Below are positions 12,760-22,076 of a stretch of DNA of 64,000 nt, in pieces. Within the stretch, counting starts at the first letter, position 1. Each line of letters begins with the position of its first letter. The notes beneath the pieces are model-generated. The model did no database searches. It saw only the letters and a list, made by a program, of their open reading frames with translations, and had not been told where the DNA came from. Both the position numbers and the translations under genes were made by a program. The DNA is from Vulcanimicrobiota bacterium (GTDB taxonomy: Bacteria; Vulcanimicrobiota; Vulcanimicrobiia; Vulcanimicrobiales; Vulcanimicrobiaceae), in contig CAVTCS010000003.1 of NCBI GenBank assembly GCA_963733295.1, positions 2,432,001 to 2,496,000 on the forward strand. Direction: 5' to 3'.

Positions 12760-13734
12760 TTACGTTACTAATTTTCGGTTACCTCGCTGAGTGCTAAGTT
12801 CAATTGGCGGTGCGAAGCGGGGAAAGCGCATTTTGAAACGTTCGCCTATTTTAGCGGTGGCCAGTAACTGCTTGTCAGAAAGCAGAGAGATATCCGCGGC
12901 GATCATCGTTACGGAAAACGATACGAGCCCCATCGTTAGGGCGATCCCGACGTGGAGACAAACGCCGACGAAGACCAAGTATGGTTTCAAGCGACCGTTC
13001 CACATTAGGAATGGAAACGCCATCTGAAACGCAAGCGTGAAATACGTCAGCGCGGCAACTACCATGGCGTTATCGCTAACCAGACCAGACATCGTAGAAA
13101 ACAACGAGAAATGCTCGGATTTCAACACGTAATACATTGCCGTCCCGTTACGCCAAGAGGGACCGGCCAATTTATAAAAGACTGCCCACGAGTACACCAT
13201 GCAGATTTGCCAAGTGATCAAGAAGTACGCCGAGTTATGCAGCATATTGCCAATCGCCGCCACAAACGGCAGCACGCGCGGCGCCCGCAATCGAAAAAGC
13301 ACAAAGTAGCGAGATGTGTCGGCGAAACACAGCAAAAACGCCAGCAGGATCAGCAACGTGCGGCCACCGTCGAAATCGATCGCGATTCGCTGGACACCTG
13401 AATAGACGGAAACGACAAACAAGCAAGATGTGAAGCGCGGAAACACGCCCAGGGTGAAAGCGACTGCTACGGCCAGCGAAGCAAAGAATAAAACGTCGCC
13501 GGACTGAGTCGTCGTCGCGTACTTGTACAGATCGGTCGGACTCGGGGGCGAAACCCGCAGATAATCGGGATAATCTAGTTGCCCGGCTGGCCCCCACAAA
13601 ATCGAACGTGTAGGTAAGTTGCGAATGTAGCTCACAACCATGATCGACCCGAGCGCAACACGAAGGAAAGCGGCGCCCGCAAGACCCCCCTTACGTAGGG
13701 CGTAATTTTCGAAAAAGCTCCGCACGCTTATCAC
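12760..13734 (-). CDS. HTTM-domain membrane protein, SdpB-like
   Basis: Multi-TM. 'DGGRTLLILLAFLLCF', 'QICMVY..AVFYKLAGPSWRNGTAMYY', 'HVGIALTMGLVSFSVTM' match SdpB/HTTM motifs. GTGA overlap with the upstream gene. Confidence 0.8.
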   Translation of the reverse strand: MISVRSFFENYALRKGGLAGAAFLRVALGSIMVVSYIRNLPTRSILWGPAGQLDYPDYLRVSPPSPTDLYKYATTTQSGDVLFFASLAVAVAFTLGVFPRFTSCLFVVSVYSGVQRIAIDFDGGRTLLILLAFLLCFADTSRYFVLFRLRAPRVLPFVAAIGNMLHNSAYFLITWQICMVYSWAVFYKLAGPSWRNGTAMYYVLKSEHFSLFSTMSGLVSDNAMVVAALTYFTLAFQMAFPFLMWNGRLKPYLVFVGVCLHVGIALTMGLVSFSVTMIAADISLLSDKQLLATAKIGERFKMRFPRFAPPIELSTQRGNRKLVT

Positions 13735-14396
13735 AGGCTTGTCACGTGTGGAATCGGACGCCAGCCGAGTTGCACTTCCATCGCGGAGTCCATGGCTTTC
13801 GGTTTCTCGCCCGCAGACGGAATATCGCGTGAATCGACCTCGATCTCCATGGCTGTGAGATGTCGAGACCCGGCGTATGCGAGAAGAATCATCGCCGACG
13901 TACGTTCGAGGACCACGCGTTGCTCAGAATTTGAGATTGCGTCGTGACGAGCGACGATCGTTTGGGCCGCGTGAAAGAGTCCCTCGGAAATCCGATCTAC
14001 GCCGAGGCCCGCCTTCGCGCTTTCGTCAATGAAATAGAGCGACGCATCGTACCACGGCGTCGTCTTATTATCGACTGTACGGCCTCTGACGAGCACGTGG
14101 AGATTGGCGTTCGCAACGTCGGGCGCGAAGAGCGACCAGCCTTGCCAGAGATGCGGTCCTCCGTATCTGTGCAAGACGGGCGAGAGGGCGTGTTTGATGG
14201 GATTGCTCGGCATATTAACCAACAGCACCATCGACGCATGAAATATTGTCAATGTCACTATCAACAGCAATGCAAGCACCATCAGGCAATGCTCGGAAAC
14301 GCGCGTGAAGGCGGCGCTGCTCACGTCGCTCCGGAGCACGCCGTAAGCCCGAGGATACCGGTTCCGATCGTGACGTGCGAACAAGGTCAGCGCCAT
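13731..14396 (-). CDS. SdpA-like / DUF5819-type partner of HTTM protein
   Basis: Single TM followed by 'NMPSNP...HLWQGWSLFAPD'. Directly upstream of and coupled to the HTTM gene. ATG 14396 has a GGGGA SD; start is uncertain. Confidence 0.7.
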   Translation of the reverse strand: MALTLFARHDRNRYPRAYGVLRSDVSSAAFTRVSEHCLMVLALLLIVTLTIFHASMVLLVNMPSNPIKHALSPVLHRYGGPHLWQGWSLFAPDVANANLHVLVRGRTVDNKTTPWYDASLYFIDESAKAGLGVDRISEGLFHAAQTIVARHDAISNSEQRVVLERTSAMILLAYAGSRHLTAMEIEVDSRDIPSAGEKPKAMDSAMEVQLGWRPIPHVTSL

Positions 14397-14573
14397 GAGA
14401 GTCCCCTGGGAGCACTTAAAATCGAACATACGTTGCCGCGCAGTGCGGGATGGGTCAGCAAACAATCGCCGCTCAGATAAACCTGTTATTCACCTGGGTC
14501 CGACGACTATATTTTGAGTATTAGAACGTGCTAAACGCCAGAGCCAAACTTCCCGACTCACTGCACTTTTCGC

Positions 14574-14699
14574 TCGATGACGGAGTGATAAACATTTCGG
14601 CGCGCGGCTCTCACTTCCAACGCATTTTCAGATTGTCTCGCTCGCTCAAATTCATTCACGTGCTTCTTGAGTACGGTTTGTCGAGGCAACTCGAACGCA
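14574..14699. repeat. non-coding ~120-bp repeat, copy 1 (paired with 17051-17170)
   Basis: Shared blocks by eye: tcgatga..gataaacatttcggcgcg..tctcact..acgcattt.cagat..ctcgct..caaa..tcacgtgcttct..ggcaac..cgaacgca. Confidence 0.85.
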
Positions 14700-14767
14700 G
14701 ACTCGGCCTGTAGGTCCGCTGCCCCTGGGAAAAGCGCCGGCAAAACGGGCCGAGCGCCTGAACCCGC

Positions 14768-14783
14768 CGTGACGAATGTCCCG
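14768..14783. promoter_or_regulatory. degenerate GGGAC-N4-GTCCC operator-like palindrome
   Basis: cgtgacgaatgtcccg matches the perfect palindrome at 17398-17413 at 13/16 positions and lies upstream of the paralogous gene. Confidence 0.45.
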
Positions 14784-14949
14784 CTGTCAGGAGCTCCGTA
14801 GGCGCTGGAGGGACAAACGGCCTGACATCGGATTTTGCGCAGGAGCCGTGTACTACCAGGACGGATGCTCGATCACGGCGCTCGTGGGTGTTCGTCAATC
14901 GTCCCGCACGTCAACGAGTAGCTGTCTCTCGACCGAGGTCTCGGTTTAC

Positions 14950-15393
14950 GTGGTGCCAGCCCGCCACCATCTAAACGATACTTTGGCATCCGGCGTCGAT
15001 CAGCTGCGCCGACGCGCTTTCGCGTCCTGGGACAGCGGCCATATCGCGGTCTGTCTCCAACTGCTCGACCGAATTCCGTTCGCAGCACAAATGTCTGACA
15101 CAATTCTGCTGCGCGCGAAGGCTCTTCTACAGTCGGGAGACACTGCGACCGCGGAACGCTGGCTTATCGAGACGTTGTCTCGCCATCGAGATCTTGCTTC
15201 AAAGGCTTCGGCATTCACGCTTATCGGCGCGGCGCTGGCTGCTCTGGAATCATATGAACAAGCCGACCAGTGGTTCGAACTATCGGGTGTAATAAAGCTA
15301 GACGAATCGAGCGTAGCAGATGTTGCAGAATTAGCGGAGGTCACCGGTGGCCCCGTTTACTTCGGTCCTCGGGGAAGCTCGAGAGCGTGGTAA
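14950..15393 (+). pseudogene. truncated paralogue of the TPR-LuxR regulator at 17557 (N-terminal ~110 aa only)
   Basis: 'WDSGHIAVCLQLLDRIPFAAQMSDTILLRAKALLQSGDTATAERWLIETLSRH' aligns with 'WDDGEVTFCLQLLDEIPFDAHVSETALLRARALLHQGNSASAEVWLLDTLGRH'. The rest of the protein, including the HTH, is absent. Confidence 0.75.
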
Positions 15394-15430
15394 CGGGTTT
15401 CGCGGAACCGGCCTTAAGAGACGAAAGCCG

Positions 15431-16891
15431 GTGAAGTCTGTGCCCGTGTCGCAAGGAGGTCGTCGCGTCGCGTCGGCGCCACGTCCGCGTGGAGCCCTCG
15501 AGCGCAAACGCGCGACTACCAAAAAGCGCGCAGAAACCTCAAATGTTTCCCTTGCGACGTGCGCGTACCGAGACTCAGAACTCGATCGCGCGATTTCCCT
15601 TATCGGAAAAGATCGGTCTCCGCAAGCTACGTTCCTCTTGGCCCGGACACTATCACGACTCGGGCGACCAAACGATGCGCTAGCTGAACTTACAGCGCTT
15701 CATGCGACTGCGCTCTCAGACCGGCAGAGAGCTGAGGCATGCATGCTCGAAGCGGCGATGCTAACGCGGCTGTGCGACTTTGACAGAGCGCGCACTGTTC
15801 TCGCGAGAGCTCTATCTCTCGCACGTTCGGTTCGCCACTTGGAGCTCACGTTGGACTGCCGCTATTATATTAGCGTGTGGCACATAGCAGCAAAACAAGT
15901 CGATAATGCAATCGTACAAAACCTGAGGGCCATCCGACTTGCCGAGGCTTCGGGCTTGCCGGAGGACAGCTCTTATCTGTATTCGACCGATCTAATGGTA
16001 TGCCGCCACTTAACGAGCCTTTCGTGTGCCTACGCGGGCAAGGGCGAGTATGACAAATGGGCCTACTTCGCTGAGGAATCGTTGCAACGTTACGACCGTT
16101 CGTTCACGCGCGACACTTGGGCCGAAGCTCTGTTTCTAGTAAACGTTGCGCATGTTTTTCGCGACAGCGACTCTCCGAGTATCACGGATGAACTCCTCGT
16201 CCGGGTAAGACACTTACCGAACTCCCAGCATCTAAACGGCCTACAAGTGTTCTGTTTTGCGGGACGTCGCACTGAACAAAGCCAGTCGCGGGGATGCTCT
16301 GGGAGCGTGGCGCCTCCTATTTGAAGCGAGTGAACTTTCTCTGACACCAGAATTCCAGATCCTTGTTGTCAACGGATCGGGCGGCGCTTGCGATGGCGCT
16401 CCAGAACCCAAACCGGGCTGCCGCAGAGTTTGACGCTGCACTCGAGTATGCTTCACGCGTCAACTGGGAGGTGGCGGCGTGGGATACGCGCTTAGCCCTT
16501 GTTTTGCTGGCACGAACAATCGCCTCCGCGAAGCCGAGGATCGCGCAAATTCTGCTTGACCGCTTTAGGTCGATTTCCTCGGACATGTCCGTCCTAAGTG
16601 CGGCTCGCGTCGACCCGCGTGTGCGCGCCGAGATCGCGATGACCGAAGGTGTCGTAGCGGGTGCGAATAGCCGACGGGACGAGGCCATAGGATTCTTGGC
16701 GGGAAGCCTTCACCTTTTGGAACTGTTCGCGTATCTTTGAGCGCCAAGCGGCGGAAACGGCGATCGAGCTCTTCTCTGTCTGCGGAAACGAACGTCTGCT
16801 CCAGCACGCCGAGACCTGGGCGCACTCATATCCCCTCTCTTATATTGCAAGTCGACTTCGCCAGGTAAAGCAACACACTGCACCTGCCTGA
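15431..16891 (+). pseudogene. TPR-like helical-repeat protein without HTH, three +1 frameshifts (start uncertain)
   Basis: Removing one base at each of ~16250, 16362 and ~16699 restores a stop-free frame: '..SVLRDVALNKASRGDALGA..LLSTDRA..DPRVRAEIAMTEG..REAFTFWNCSRIFERQAAETAIEL..SYIASRL', collinear with 20598-21986. Confidence 0.8.
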
Positions 16892-16965
16892 AAGTGCCAC
16901 ACCCCGTCAATTCATGCGTCGGGTCGAATTGTGGTACTAGCTGCAGCACGCCGCGGCGCGAGATC

Positions 16966-17053
16966 GTGTTGCCGGGCGCCTCGGATCCGACGCTCAACGT
17001 GTACGCGGAGGGTTCGAGCGACGACGACGCCGGCCGGTTGATCGGCGATATCG
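16966..17053 (+). repeat. displaced 88-bp copy of the 3' end (9918-10005) of the NTP-transferase/PMM gene
   Basis: Gap-free alignment with 79/88 identical by manual count. Encodes [29 protein letters not shown] versus [29 protein letters not shown]. Confidence 0.92.
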
Positions 17054-17170
17054 ATGAGCGAGAGATAAACATTTCGGCGCGGATCTCACTCCCGACGCAT
17101 TTACAGATAACCTCGCTAACCCAAACCGAGTCACGTGCTTCTAGAACGGCTTTGGGGGCAACCGAACGCA
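17051..17170. repeat. non-coding ~120-bp repeat, copy 2 (paired with 14574-14699)
   Basis: Same conserved blocks as copy 1. Begins exactly where the displaced gene fragment ends. Confidence 0.85.
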
Positions 17171-17397
17171 AGTGCGTTTGCCGAACGTTGATGGATCCTC
17201 TCAGTCGAGAGTATCCACGAAACCGGGTCACCTCCAACCCGCCACAAGAGTGGATGAACTGAGACTTCCGCTGGATGGAACGATCTTGCGGCGTGATAAA
17301 CGTCCCGCGATCATCCAAAGAGACCATCAAGTCTTTCGGCACTTTAACGATCTCCGCACGAAACGCGAGCCGACACGTGGGGAACTCGCGGGTGGGG

Positions 17398-17413
17398 CGG
17401 GACAATTGTCCCG
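17398..17413. promoter_or_regulatory. perfect 16-bp palindrome CGGGACAATTGTCCCG, candidate LuxR/NarL-type operator
   Basis: Perfect inverted repeat about 145 bp upstream of a LuxR-HTH gene. A degenerate second copy (cgtgataaacgtcccg) lies at 17292-17307. Confidence 0.6.
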
Positions 17414-17556
17414 TTTCTGCGGCTCGCGCCATCCACGAGAAATATTGCTTGGGAAACACGCAGGAGACCGTCCAAGGCACGACGGATTTCTGGCCCACCG
17501 CTGCCGGTCTGTGTTTCTAGTGCAACCGCTGGTTCTTACTCTCTAAGCGGAGCTGA

Positions 17557-19215
17557 ATGGAAGCAGCACGTCACCAGTCAACAGTTGATGGGCTGTCCAA
17601 GACGGAGCAGCTGTTCCATCGTGCGCGTACATGTTGGGACGATGGCGAAGTAACGTTCTGCCTTCAGTTGCTCGATGAGATCCCGTTTGACGCGCATGTC
17701 TCGGAAACAGCGCTCCTGCGCGCGCGTGCGCTCCTGCACCAAGGGAACTCAGCCTCCGCGGAGGTCTGGCTTCTCGATACCCTCGGAAGGCACTCCGACG
17801 CTGCGTCCAAGGCGATCGCGCTTGCGCTCATCGGCCAGTCGCTGTTCACCGCCGGCGATCACAAGGAAGCGGAACGGTGGCTGAAGCGTGCGGGTGACTT
17901 AGCCTCAACCGACTCAATTCGCGCGGAAATCGCCTATCTTCAATCTGAATGTGCCTTAACGCGCCACGAGTCCTCAGGTCAGACCGACAGAGGAGCACTT
18001 TCAGTCGCGCGACAGTCAGCACTTTGCGCATTACGTTACGGCGGAAATGGCATTTTGTCTGCTCGCGCTCACGCAGTTCTGGCTAGCATTGCCATCGCCG
18101 GTGCAGACGATGAAGCGGCAAGGCAAGAGTTCCTCAAAGCTATCGAGGTGCTCGGGGCTTCGTCGGCGGCCGACGCTCATCTTCGCGCGTCTCTCGTTCA
18201 CGCTGTCTCGATAATTGAGGCTGAGGTCAAAGGCGTGGCGCCGCAAGCTCTTAGCACCGAACTGGCCCGCGTGGTCTGGGCGCCTGACCTCAGTGGGTTG
18301 AGAATCCAAACGCTTTGCAACATCGGGATCGCTCATCAACGGCTCGCGTCATACTCTGTTGCGGCAGAGTGCTTCATGCTCGCCACTGAAATCTCTCCGG
18401 ATCCCGCCTGGGCGCTTTCCGGTTTAGCACATTGCATGACCCTTGCTGTATATTGCGGCGAGCTCATCAGCGCTGGAGCACTCGCTACCTCAGCCGCTTG
18501 CGCAATGCGACGGGTTGAGTGGGAGCATGCGACCGACGAGCAATGCGAGGGATTACTGCTCTTCGCGCATGCTCTGTGTCGACTAGGCGACGACGAACTA
18601 GCTAAGACCGCCTGGGACCTCTTCGCCTGCGACAAAACGTCGGGTGCACTGCGCGCCAAAGCCTTGCGCCATAGCGGTATGACGCATCAAGGCCCGCTGC
18701 GGGCGCGGGCAATGCGCCGTCACGCCGCGGGTTTGGTCGCAATAGCTACGGGCGACAGGCTTGCCGCCGGCGAGTTGCTCGCCGCGGCCAAGCGTGATTG
18801 GTTAGACCTCCGTTACCATTGGCGTGCATCCGAAGCAGCGTCAGATATGAGCCAACTCGCGAGAAAGGAACCGGTCGATGCTGCGAGGCCCGTGGATGCC
18901 GCACGTTCCAGTTCGTGGCCAGCTGGAGAGCTAATCCGCAGTGGTGTGCCCGCGGCGCTGCTCACCTCGCGCCTATCGGCCCGCGATCGGCAGATTCTCA
19001 AGATGGTGCTGAGCGGGCTGACCGATCCAGAGATAGCGTCTCGCTGCAACATTTCGGCTAAGACAGTTCGCAATATCGTGCATGGATTTTACGGCATCTT
19101 TGGCGTCCATAAGCGATCGCAACTGATCGCTAGGTGTCTAAGTGCCGAAGCAGGCTCGTTTGAGACCTCAGAGCAGGGCCGTAGCACTTCCTCAGCGGGG
19201 CAAATCGATGTCTGA
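17557..19215 (+). CDS. TPR-like helical-repeat protein with C-terminal LuxR-type HTH (transcriptional regulator)
   Basis: C-terminal 'LSARDRQILKMVLSGLTDPEIASRCNISAKTVRNIVHGFYGIFGVHKRSQL' is a LuxR HTH. Ala/Leu-rich helical N-terminal region. Confidence 0.85.
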   Translation: MEAARHQSTVDGLSKTEQLFHRARTCWDDGEVTFCLQLLDEIPFDAHVSETALLRARALLHQGNSASAEVWLLDTLGRHSDAASKAIALALIGQSLFTAGDHKEAERWLKRAGDLASTDSIRAEIAYLQSECALTRHESSGQTDRGALSVARQSALCALRYGGNGILSARAHAVLASIAIAGADDEAARQEFLKAIEVLGASSAADAHLRASLVHAVSIIEAEVKGVAPQALSTELARVVWAPDLSGLRIQTLCNIGIAHQRLASYSVAAECFMLATEISPDPAWALSGLAHCMTLAVYCGELISAGALATSAACAMRRVEWEHATDEQCEGLLLFAHALCRLGDDELAKTAWDLFACDKTSGALRAKALRHSGMTHQGPLRARAMRRHAAGLVAIATGDRLAAGELLAAAKRDWLDLRYHWRASEAASDMSQLARKEPVDAARPVDAARSSSWPAGELIRSGVPAALLTSRLSARDRQILKMVLSGLTDPEIASRCNISAKTVRNIVHGFYGIFGVHKRSQLIARCLSAEAGSFETSEQGRSTSSAGQIDV

Positions 19216-20598
19216 TGGACCGATCGTTCAACGACGAGGAACTCCCCGCTTTGCGCAGGCGGTCGATACATTTCGCCGAGCGGAGTTCGACCAGACGCTA
19301 GCGCTGATCGCCGGCGATCAGTCGACGCAAGCCTCGCTTTTATTGGCTCGGACCCTAATGAAGCTCGGTCAGATATCGGAGGCGATCTCGTGCCTCCGCG
19401 CGACGGAAACGGCAGGGCTAGACACCGAGTCCAGCGCCGAACTCCGCCTCCTTGAAGGAATAGCGCTCACTCGAGGCCGGCGCGGCAACAGCGGCTATGC
19501 GGTGCTGAACGAAGCCATCGAACTTGCCAAACTATCCGATTGTTTCGAGCTCCAGCTGGAATGTGATTACTATATTGCTCTTTGGCACTGGACCGAACGC
19601 AATGTCGGCGACGCTGAAGAGACTATTGAAGCATCGCTGCGGTTTGCCCACAACTCAAGGCTTCAGGGCGATCCGACTTACATCTACACTCCGTCAATGC
19701 TAGTCAGCCGTGACCTATTGCTGCTAGCGCTAACGCACGGCTCCCGTGGACAATATCGTGCCATGGCCGAATTCACGATCGACGCGCTTAACCGATACGA
19801 CGCGGGTTCAAAGCGCGACGCCCATCACGAAGCTGTCATCGTCGAAGCGCTTTCCGTTTTTATGCGAGACTCTTCCGTCCAGGTTGGGACGCCCGACAGT
19901 TTCCTCCAACGTTTGGCAGATTGGCCAGACTCTCCGTATACGCTACATCAACGCTTTGCTATAGTTCGAAATGTCGCGCTGGCTAAGGCGCATGCTAACG
20001 ATAACCTCGGTGCCGCGCGCCTGCAGAAAACCCTCGCTTCTCTCGCGTTTAGCGAAGTGTCCCGCTTTGTCGCAGCGGTCGATATGGGCGACCTCTACTA
20101 TGAGATCAATGAACCCCAAAAGGGGACACACGAACTCCGTTCCGCGATCGATCGCTCGCGGCGTTGCGACTGGCGGAACGAACCTGGCTCTCAGGACTAC
20201 CTGCTATACGCTGCTAGGGTCGCTGCACGAATCTGCCCTGAAGCGGCGCGGCCCATGCTCGACCAATTCGCGGAAATCTCGGGCCTTAGCCGCGGTTCCG
20301 ATAGCCCCCCGACCCTAGGCTAGAGGCGGAGATCGTTATGACCGAAGGGCTCGTCGCCAAACGTGAGGGACGTGCGGCCGAGGCTATCGCTCACTTGCGC
20401 CAAGCGTTCGACGCCTGGCGGACCCTTGATATCTTTCCTGTATACGAGATCGAGACTGGCCTCGCGTTAGCCGAGCTGACTCGCGATTCGCGCCTATTGC
20501 TCGCCCTTGAACCGCGCATTTCGCAAAAACCGCCTTCTCGTGCCGTTCGTGATTTTACGCGTCTGAGAAAGCAGCTCGGGGCCTCCACTTCACCCTGA
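19208..20598 (+). pseudogene. TPR-like helical-repeat protein without HTH, one frameshift in a C6 run
   Basis: ORFs 19208-20323 and 20311-20598 join at C6 (20305-20310) to give '..DPRLEAEIVMTEGLVAKREG..', matching the paralogues. Confidence 0.8.
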
Positions 20599-21986
20599 TG
20601 AGTTCAGATCACTCGAGCGAACTCACTGGAATGGTCAGCGCTCACGGTGCCAGAGCAAGTTTTCTCAGTGGCGACTACGAAGTCGCGCTGTCGGCGGCGC
20701 TCGACAGTGGAAGGGCCTTTATAGCGGTCAGAGCTCTCATACGACTTCAACGATATGATGAAGCAATCGCGTCTCTTCGTTCGTTGGACCGATCGGCCTC
20801 GGCGAAGGTTCGAGCAGAGTTCCTTCTGTTGCGCGGCCAGGCTTTGACGCTGATGGGCAGATTTGCGGAAGCCAAAGATGCTTTGAACGTTGCGCACGGA
20901 CTCGCGAACGACGCATCGCACCTCGAATTGTTGGTCGAAATTCGCTACAGGCTCGGGATCTTAGCGATTCAGCAGGGGTATGCAAGGCCCGCATTGTGCG
21001 CATTCAAGACCGGTATTCGTATGGCCCGGGCCTCCGGATTTCACCGCGACTCGCAGTATTTCTACTCGGTTGACAACGTCCTGGTTCAGCACTTTCGAGG
21101 CGCTGCTTGTTGCAGCGCGATGATTGGCGACTATGAATCCATGATTAGGTTTGACCTTGAAGGTGCCGAGACTGCGGATACACTCCGCGAGACCGATATC
21201 TGCCATCAGCTCTTGGTTGTTGCGGCACTCTCGGTCTTGGCTCGCGACACCGACGTTGAGGAGATTTCGCCCGACTCCGTATTGGAGAGGTGGGTATCGC
21301 TGCCGAGGGCCCCTGAGATCTTACGATTCGACGCCGGCATGCACCGTAACGTTGCGATAGCCAAGGCTGCTCGCGGAGACGTGCTTGGCGCGTTGCGGGT
21401 CCTGAAGGCGAGCATTCAAAGTCCTTCCCCAATCGAGGATCGCATCTTCGCAATTGTCGAATCAGCACGGCTAGCCTGGATGCTAGATAGAAGTAGCTCG
21501 GCTGCTCGTGATTTTGACTGCGCGCTGGAACTGGCCTCGCGTGTCGATTGGGACAAAGTTACGACCGACCATCGCTTTTCGCTTCTTGCGTTGTCCCAAA
21601 TGGCCGCCAAGCGACAACCGCGTGTGGCGAGGATTCTCTTAACGCGTTTCCAGCGCATCACGAGCGAGCTCGACTGGAACTCAGGCGCGCGTTTCGACCC
21701 CCGTGCAGTTATTGACACCACGCTTACAGAGGGCATCGTCGCAAAAGGCGAGGGGAATCTTGCCCTTGCCGAGGTGCTGCTACGTAAAGCCTTCGAGTTC
21801 TATAAGGCTGCGAGGGTCTTCGGCCGTTTGACTGCGGAGATTGCGATCGAACTAGCGGAGATCACCGGAGAGCCAGCTTTGTTCAACGTTGCTCACGAAT
21901 GGGTCTCAACGCGACCAGATTCATATGTCGCTTTGTTACTCCATCGGACCGAGCAGTCTGCTGCTGGACTTTCCGCTTCTGCCTAA
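20598..21986 (+). CDS. TPR-like helical-repeat protein without HTH (intact paralogue)
   Basis: 462-aa ORF with TGATG coupling. Shares 'RNVAIAKAARGDVLGA', 'RVDW', 'DPR...TEG', 'AIELAEIT' with its neighbours. Confidence 0.8.
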   Translation: MSSDHSSELTGMVSAHGARASFLSGDYEVALSAALDSGRAFIAVRALIRLQRYDEAIASLRSLDRSASAKVRAEFLLLRGQALTLMGRFAEAKDALNVAHGLANDASHLELLVEIRYRLGILAIQQGYARPALCAFKTGIRMARASGFHRDSQYFYSVDNVLVQHFRGAACCSAMIGDYESMIRFDLEGAETADTLRETDICHQLLVVAALSVLARDTDVEEISPDSVLERWVSLPRAPEILRFDAGMHRNVAIAKAARGDVLGALRVLKASIQSPSPIEDRIFAIVESARLAWMLDRSSSAARDFDCALELASRVDWDKVTTDHRFSLLALSQMAAKRQPRVARILLTRFQRITSELDWNSGARFDPRAVIDTTLTEGIVAKGEGNLALAEVLLRKAFEFYKAARVFGRLTAEIAIELAEITGEPALFNVAHEWVSTRPDSYVALLLHRTEQSAAGLSASA

Positions 21987-22076
21987 GGGAAGGGCGTCGA
22001 GCAACGGAGCAACTTCGAGTTCGACCCTCGAAGCCAACCAAAATGTCTGCGCTCGGTGCTGCTGCGGCCGCGGCCG

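Noticed and set aside
14528..14743. Short ORFs over the conserved repeat as a signalling-peptide gene
   Set aside because: The second copy has frame-breaking indels, so no reading frame is conserved between the copies.
16710..17546. ORFs 16710-17498(-), 16894-17262(+), 17172-17546(+)
   Set aside because: They are explained by the antisense of the TPR gene tail, the displaced gene fragment and the non-coding repeat. None gives a coherent protein.
18871..18906. PVDAAR x2 tandem repeat in the TPR-LuxR protein
   Set aside because: A two-unit diverged duplication in the linker before the HTH, with no evidence of function.
22013..22033. CTTCGAG/CTCGAAG hairpin between convergent genes
   Set aside because: A 7-bp stem without a U-tract is too weak to call a terminator.
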